A DNA stretch of 64,000 nt from Pseudomonadota bacterium (GTDB taxonomy: Archaea; Thermoplasmatota; SW-10-69-26; JACQPN01; JAJPHT01): NCBI GenBank assembly GCA_021325135.1, contig JAJPHT010000006.1, forward strand, positions 1,034-65,033. Reading direction: 5' to 3'. Numbering within the stretch: the stretch's first letter is position 1; every line of letters starts with the position of its first letter. The position numbers and the translations under genes were made by a program. This document shows positions 60,413 to 64,000 of the stretch, piece after piece. The notes below the pieces were generated by a model, which saw only the letters and a list, made by a program, of their open reading frames with translations, had not been told where the DNA came from and searched no databases.

Positions 60413-62092
60413 TCAGGCGCCGGACAGGGCCGGCCCAGTAACACGGGCCCCGCCCGCGGGCAGCGCCATGCGGAACGTGGCGCCGCGCCCCTCCTGCGAG
60501 CGGAACGTGAGCGACCCGCCGTGGCTCTCCACGATGCCCAGGGAGACGGAGAGACCCAGCCCCGTGCCTTCGGGCTTGGTGGTGTGGAAGGGCGTGAAGA
60601 TCTTCGCCGCCTCCCCGGAGGGGATGCCGCGGCCCTCGTCCTCCACCTCGACGACGACCCAGGGGCCCTCCTCGAAGGTGCGGATGGCGAGGCGCCCCGC
60701 GGGGCTGCCCTCCATGGCGTCCACGGCGTTGAGCACGAGGTTGAGGAGCACCTGCGAGATCTCGTCGGCGTCGACCACCACGGGCGAGCGCGCGTGGAGG
60801 TCCACCATCACCTCGCGCTCGTCCTTCACGCGCGAGAGCGCCACGGTGACGACGCTCTCGACGATGGCGTTGATGCTCTCGCTCTGCCGCAGGGCGGAGG
60901 GGCGGCGGGCGACCTTGCGGAGGCTCTGCGCGACGTGCGCGACGCGGTCGGCGCCCCGCAGCACGGCCTCCTCCAGGCCCGCGGCCTCCTGGAGCGAGGC
61001 GCGCAGGCGAGGCGGGAGCGCGGGGTCGGCGAGCGCCTCCTGGAGCGACATGAGGACCAGCTCGCTGTTGCCGCGCATGTAGGTGAGGGGGTTGTTGATC
61101 TCGTGCGCGACGCCCGCGACCAGCGTGCCCAGCGTGCTGAGCTTCTCGCTGGCGATCACCTGGCGGCGCGTCTCCTCCAGGTCCTGCTGGGCGCGCTTCT
61201 GCTCGGTGATGTCCTCCACGACGCCGTCGTACCAGACGGTGCGGCCGTCGGACCCGCGCACGGCCCGCGCGCTGTCGCGCAGCCAGCGCACGCCGCCGTC
61301 GGTGCGAAGCCCCTCGATCTCCTCGCCGCGCACCTCGCCCTCGCGCTCCAGGCGCGCCATCCACTCGGCGCGGCGGCGCGGGTCGCGATAGAGCCGCTCC
61401 ACGGGCGTGCGCAGCAATTCCTCGCGCGTGCCGATGCCCATGAGGCGCGCCGCGGTGCCGTTGGCGTCGAGGACGCGCCCCTCGGGGCTCGTGCGGTAGA
61501 CGCCCACGGGGAGCCCTTCGACGAGCGCTCGATATCGTTCTTCGCTGGCGGAGGCCGCGCGGCGGAGCGCGTCGTGGCGCAGCGCGGAGCGGCTCCGCAC
61601 GAACGTGAGGCACCCGGCGACGACGACGGCCAGGACCATGATGAGCAGCGCGGTGGAGGGGATGGGCCCGTCGCGGAACGCGGCGGCGGAGCCGAGCCAC
61701 GCGAGGAGCGTCGCGGCGGAGAAGGCCATGACCCACGGCGGCGACACCAGGATGGCGGCCGTGCAGAGGATGACCAGCAGGAACGAGGTGAAGCCGATGC
61801 CCGCGGGCGCGTCGGGGTAGTCCAGCGTCGTCGCGGCGAGCCCGATGGCCATGACCGCGGCCGCGACGGGGTGGCTCCAGCGCGAGGGGAGACGGTCCGA
61901 GCGCACCGCGCGCAGCGCGGCGAAGGAGGCGAGCGCCCCAGCGGCCAGCGTGAGGATGACCGGAAGGGAGCCCGCGCGGGTCGCCGCCTGCTCCACCGCC
62001 GCGAGGAGGAAGCCGCCCCCGATCCAGGGGAGGAGGGTGCCCAAGGTGTCGCGCTCCTCCTGGTCGAGGACGGCACGAGCCTCCGGGCGCAT
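60413..62092 (-). CDS. membrane sensor histidine kinase (multi-TM, PAS, HisKA, HATPase)
   Basis: Six N-terminal TM helices and a PAS unit (RTSPEGRVLDANGTAARLMG). It has the H-box VAHEINNPLTY, N-box LLNLVLNAVDAM, and DEGRGI and GTGLGLS. Confidence 0.9.
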   Translation of the reverse strand: MRPEARAVLDQEERDTLGTLLPWIGGGFLLAAVEQAATRAGSLPVILTLAAGALASFAALRAVRSDRLPSRWSHPVAAAVMAIGLAATTLDYPDAPAGIGFTSFLLVILCTAAILVSPPWVMAFSAATLLAWLGSAAAFRDGPIPSTALLIMVLAVVVAGCLTFVRSRSALRHDALRRAASASEERYRALVEGLPVGVYRTSPEGRVLDANGTAARLMGIGTREELLRTPVERLYRDPRRRAEWMARLEREGEVRGEEIEGLRTDGGVRWLRDSARAVRGSDGRTVWYDGVVEDITEQKRAQQDLEETRRQVIASEKLSTLGTLVAGVAHEINNPLTYMRGNSELVLMSLQEALADPALPPRLRASLQEAAGLEEAVLRGADRVAHVAQSLRKVARRPSALRQSESINAIVESVVTVALSRVKDEREVMVDLHARSPVVVDADEISQVLLNLVLNAVDAMEGSPAGRLAIRTFEEGPWVVVEVEDEGRGIPSGEAAKIFTPFHTTKPEGTGLGLSVSLGIVESHGGSLTFRSQEGRGATFRMALPAGGARVTGPALSGA

Positions 62093-62114
62093 TCCTGCCG
62101 CCCTCTCCCCGGGG

Positions 62115-62125
62115 CATTATTTAAG
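62115..62125. promoter_or_regulatory. putative shared TATA-like element between divergent HK and HIT genes
   Basis: cattatttaag is the only AT-rich patch in the intergenic region. It lies about 28 nt from the HK ATG at 62092 (leaderless spacing). Confidence 0.3.
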
Positions 62126-62196
62126 CGCGCGTCCACCTCCAAAGGACGGGCCTGGGGGCCGATACGGCCAAACCGGGCGTGGCGCCTCGGCCCCCG

Positions 62197-62613
62197 ATGA
62201 GCTGCCTCTTCTGCCGCATCGCGGCCGGCGAGATCCCCTCGGAGAAGGTCCTGGAGAACGAGCGCGCCTTCGCGTTCCTGGACATCCGCCCCCTCCAGCG
62301 CGGGCACGTCCTCGTCGTGCCCAAGCGGCACCACGAGCGCTTCTCCGACATGACGCCCGAGGACGCGGCCGCCGTCATGGACCTCGCGCAGCACGTCGCG
62401 CGCCGCCAGTCGCGGGCCCTGGGCGCGGCGGGGATCACCATCGCGGTCAACGACGGCCGCGCCGCGGGCCAGGAGGTCATGCACGTGCACGTCCACCTCG
62501 TGCCCCGCGCGGAGACGGACGGCATCGGCCCCGTGCACGCGCTCTTCCGGGGGAAGACGCCCACGCTGCGCGACGGGGAGCTTCGGGAGATCGGGGCGGA
62601 GATGCGCGGGTAG
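62197..62613 (+). CDS. HIT-family nucleotide hydrolase/transferase
   Basis: MSCLFCRIAAGEIP and HVHVHLVPR histidine triad. The track start, GTG 62179, is the alternative. Confidence 0.85.
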   Translation: MSCLFCRIAAGEIPSEKVLENERAFAFLDIRPLQRGHVLVVPKRHHERFSDMTPEDAAAVMDLAQHVARRQSRALGAAGITIAVNDGRAAGQEVMHVHVHLVPRAETDGIGPVHALFRGKTPTLRDGELREIGAEMRG

Positions 62614-62664
62614 TGCTTTTTGTTAGAGAAGAGTCGTTCGGCCGCGCCGCAGCGCGGCCAAAAT

Positions 62665-62756
62665 GGGGGGTTTCAGGGGGGCTCGCCCCCCTGACGTCTT
62701 GATCGTCTGCTGGAACAGTTCTTTCACGTCAGGGGTCTTCGCCCCCTGAAACCCCC
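62665..62756. repeat. double-hairpin palindromic element, copy 2
   Basis: ggggggtttcaggggggctcgcccccctgacgtc, a 27-nt spacer, then acgtcaggggtcttcgccccctgaaaccccc. Located between convergent HIT and response-regulator genes. The right unit encodes the last residues of the regulator ORF. Confidence 0.75.
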
Positions 62757-63565
62757 GCCATGGCCTCCTCCACCGACGCGCGCAGCCGCTCTGCGTCGAG
62801 GCCCTCCTTGGAGAGCAGCGCGTCGGCGCCCGCGGCGACGAGCTCCAGCGCGACGGCGTCGCTGCCGTGCGCGGTGAGGGCCAGCACCGCGCCGCGCGCG
62901 CCCAGTGCGGTGGCCTCGTCCAGGAACGCGGCGCCGTCCAGGTCGGGGAGGAGGTAGTCCACGATGAGCAGGTCGAAGGAGGCGAGGTCCGTCTCCAGCG
63001 CGGCTTCGGCGCTGGGCGCCTCGACCACGGTCCACCCGTCGGCCTGGAGCGTGCGGCGCACGAACGCGCGCGCGACGTCGGTGTCGTCCACGACGAGCGC
63101 GCGCTGCCCGTCGTGCCGTCTGCGCTCGAAGGGGCCAGGCTCCGCGGGCGCGCGGGCGGGGACGGGCGGCAATTCCTCCTCGGGGTAGCCGGGGGGTCCG
63201 CCCGTCGCCTCGATGGCGGCGAGGAGCTTCGTCGCGTCGAGCCCCTCCTTGGCGATGACGTCGTGCGCGCCCGCGAGCACGAGCGCCTCGTACACCGCGT
63301 CCGTGCCCGCGCCGGTGAGCGCGAGGACGGGGGTGCCCACGCGGCTCTCGCGCCACCGCTCCAGGCACGCGACGCCGTCGCGGTCGGGCAGCGAGAAGTC
63401 CAGCACGATGACCTCGTAGCGGCGCTGCGCGAGCAGTTCGTCCGCATCGGCGGCCGTTGCAGCTTCGTCCACGCGCCACCCGCGCCGCGTCAGCGCGCTG
63501 TTCACGACGGCGCGGAACGTGCCGTCGTCGTCCACGAGGAGCGCGCGCCGCTCGGGGAGGGGCAT
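62729..63565 (-). CDS. response regulator with two receiver domains and no output domain
   Basis: ALLVDDD...VIVLDFSLPDRDG...LALTG, and ALVVDDT...LLIVDYLLPDLDG...LALTAH. Confidence 0.85.
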   Translation of the reverse strand: MPLPERRALLVDDDGTFRAVVNSALTRRGWRVDEAATAADADELLAQRRYEVIVLDFSLPDRDGVACLERWRESRVGTPVLALTGAGTDAVYEALVLAGAHDVIAKEGLDATKLLAAIEATGGPPGYPEEELPPVPARAPAEPGPFERRRHDGQRALVVDDTDVARAFVRRTLQADGWTVVEAPSAEAALETDLASFDLLIVDYLLPDLDGAAFLDEATALGARGAVLALTAHGSDAVALELVAAGADALLSKEGLDAERLRASVEEAMAGVSGGEDP

Positions 63566-63608
63566 CGGGGGCGCGAGCCCCCGGCGAGGGCATGAACCCC
63601 GCGGAGCC

Positions 63609-64000
63609 TCACCGGCGGCGCCGCGCCACGAGCGCGGCGCCCGCGCCCGCGAGGACCAGCGCGGCGACGCCCGGGAACGGCACGGGGCTCGCGGGCGAGG
63701 TCGCCTCGGAGGGCGTCTGCGTCCCGCGCGGCGTGGTCGTCGAGGGCGCGCGCGTCGTGGAGGGCGGGGTCGTCGTCGTGCCCGGCGTCGGCGGGGTCGT
63801 CGAGGAGGGCGGCGTGGTGGACGAGGGCGGCGTCGAGGGCTGCGGCACGTCCGCGCTGGCGGGATCGGAGGCGGGACCCTCGCCCGCGGAGTTGACCGCC
63901 GTCACGGTGTACGCGTGGACGCCGGGCGAGGGGCTCGCGTCGGTCCACACCGTCGCGGTGGCGTTGCCCGCCGGCTGCCCGTCGCGGTACACGCGGTAGG
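63609..64000 (-). CDS. FN3-domain surface protein with Pro/Thr/Ser linker and PGF-CTERM-like anchor (3' part only; 5' end beyond window)
   Basis: ...YRDGQPAGNATATVWTDASPSPGVHAYTVTAVNSAGEGP (FN3-like), a PSTPPSSTTPPSSTTPPTPGTTTTPPSTT linker and the C-terminal PVPFPGVAALVLAGAGAALVARRRR. Confidence 0.7.
   Translation of the reverse strand, partial: YRVYRDGQPAGNATATVWTDASPSPGVHAYTVTAVNSAGEGPASDPASADVPQPSTPPSSTTPPSSTTPPTPGTTTTPPSTTRAPSTTTPRGTQTPSEATSPASPVPFPGVAALVLAGAGAALVARRRR

Noticed and set aside
1-64000. CRISPR arrays, rRNA genes, transposases and prophage genes.
   Set aside because: I noticed no regularly spaced direct repeats, no rRNA-like conserved stretches and no DDE/integrase/capsid-like translations in any frame.

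Overview
High-GC (about 70%) chromosomal segment that looks archaeal. All calls come from reading the ORF translations and the DNA by eye; no homology search was run.

Evidence for an archaeal origin:
- A-type ATP synthase genes in the order H-I-K-E-C
- ThrRS with the archaeal N-terminal editing domain
- TrmY
- CcmE with the CxxxY heme motif
- a PGF-CTERM-like tail
- an 11-subunit nuo operon lacking nuoEFG, with a split nuoJ
- tRNAs without encoded CCA

The proteins are not strongly acidic, so this is probably not a haloarchaeon. It may be an uncultivated Thermoplasmatota-like lineage (low confidence).

Housekeeping content:
- atpHIKEC (C is partial)
- nuoABCDHIJ(J2)KLMN
- sdhCAB with a single large membrane anchor
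- thrS, trmY
- cystathionine beta-synthase and cystathionine gamma-lyase
- an ABC importer
- tRNA-Gly(GCC) and tRNA-Leu(UAA)
- a histidine kinase with a double-receiver response regulator

Accessory content:
- five paralogous tandem winged-helix proteins, two of them membrane-tethered, one fused to an extracellular BNR propeller and followed by an S8 protease gene
- many secreted or lipobox proteins (BNR, FN3, Cys-rich, Ser/Gly/Tyr-rich)
- a visibly lower-GC five-gene membrane-protein island (16.5-19.9 kb) with an SdpA/SdpB(HTTM)-like pair
- two non-coding repeat families: a double-hairpin palindrome between convergent genes, and a CCTCC-rich structured repeat lying exactly 1400 nt apart on either side of a PAS-V4R gene
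- a 134-nt hairpin upstream of nuo

No CRISPR array, rRNA, transposase or integrase was seen.
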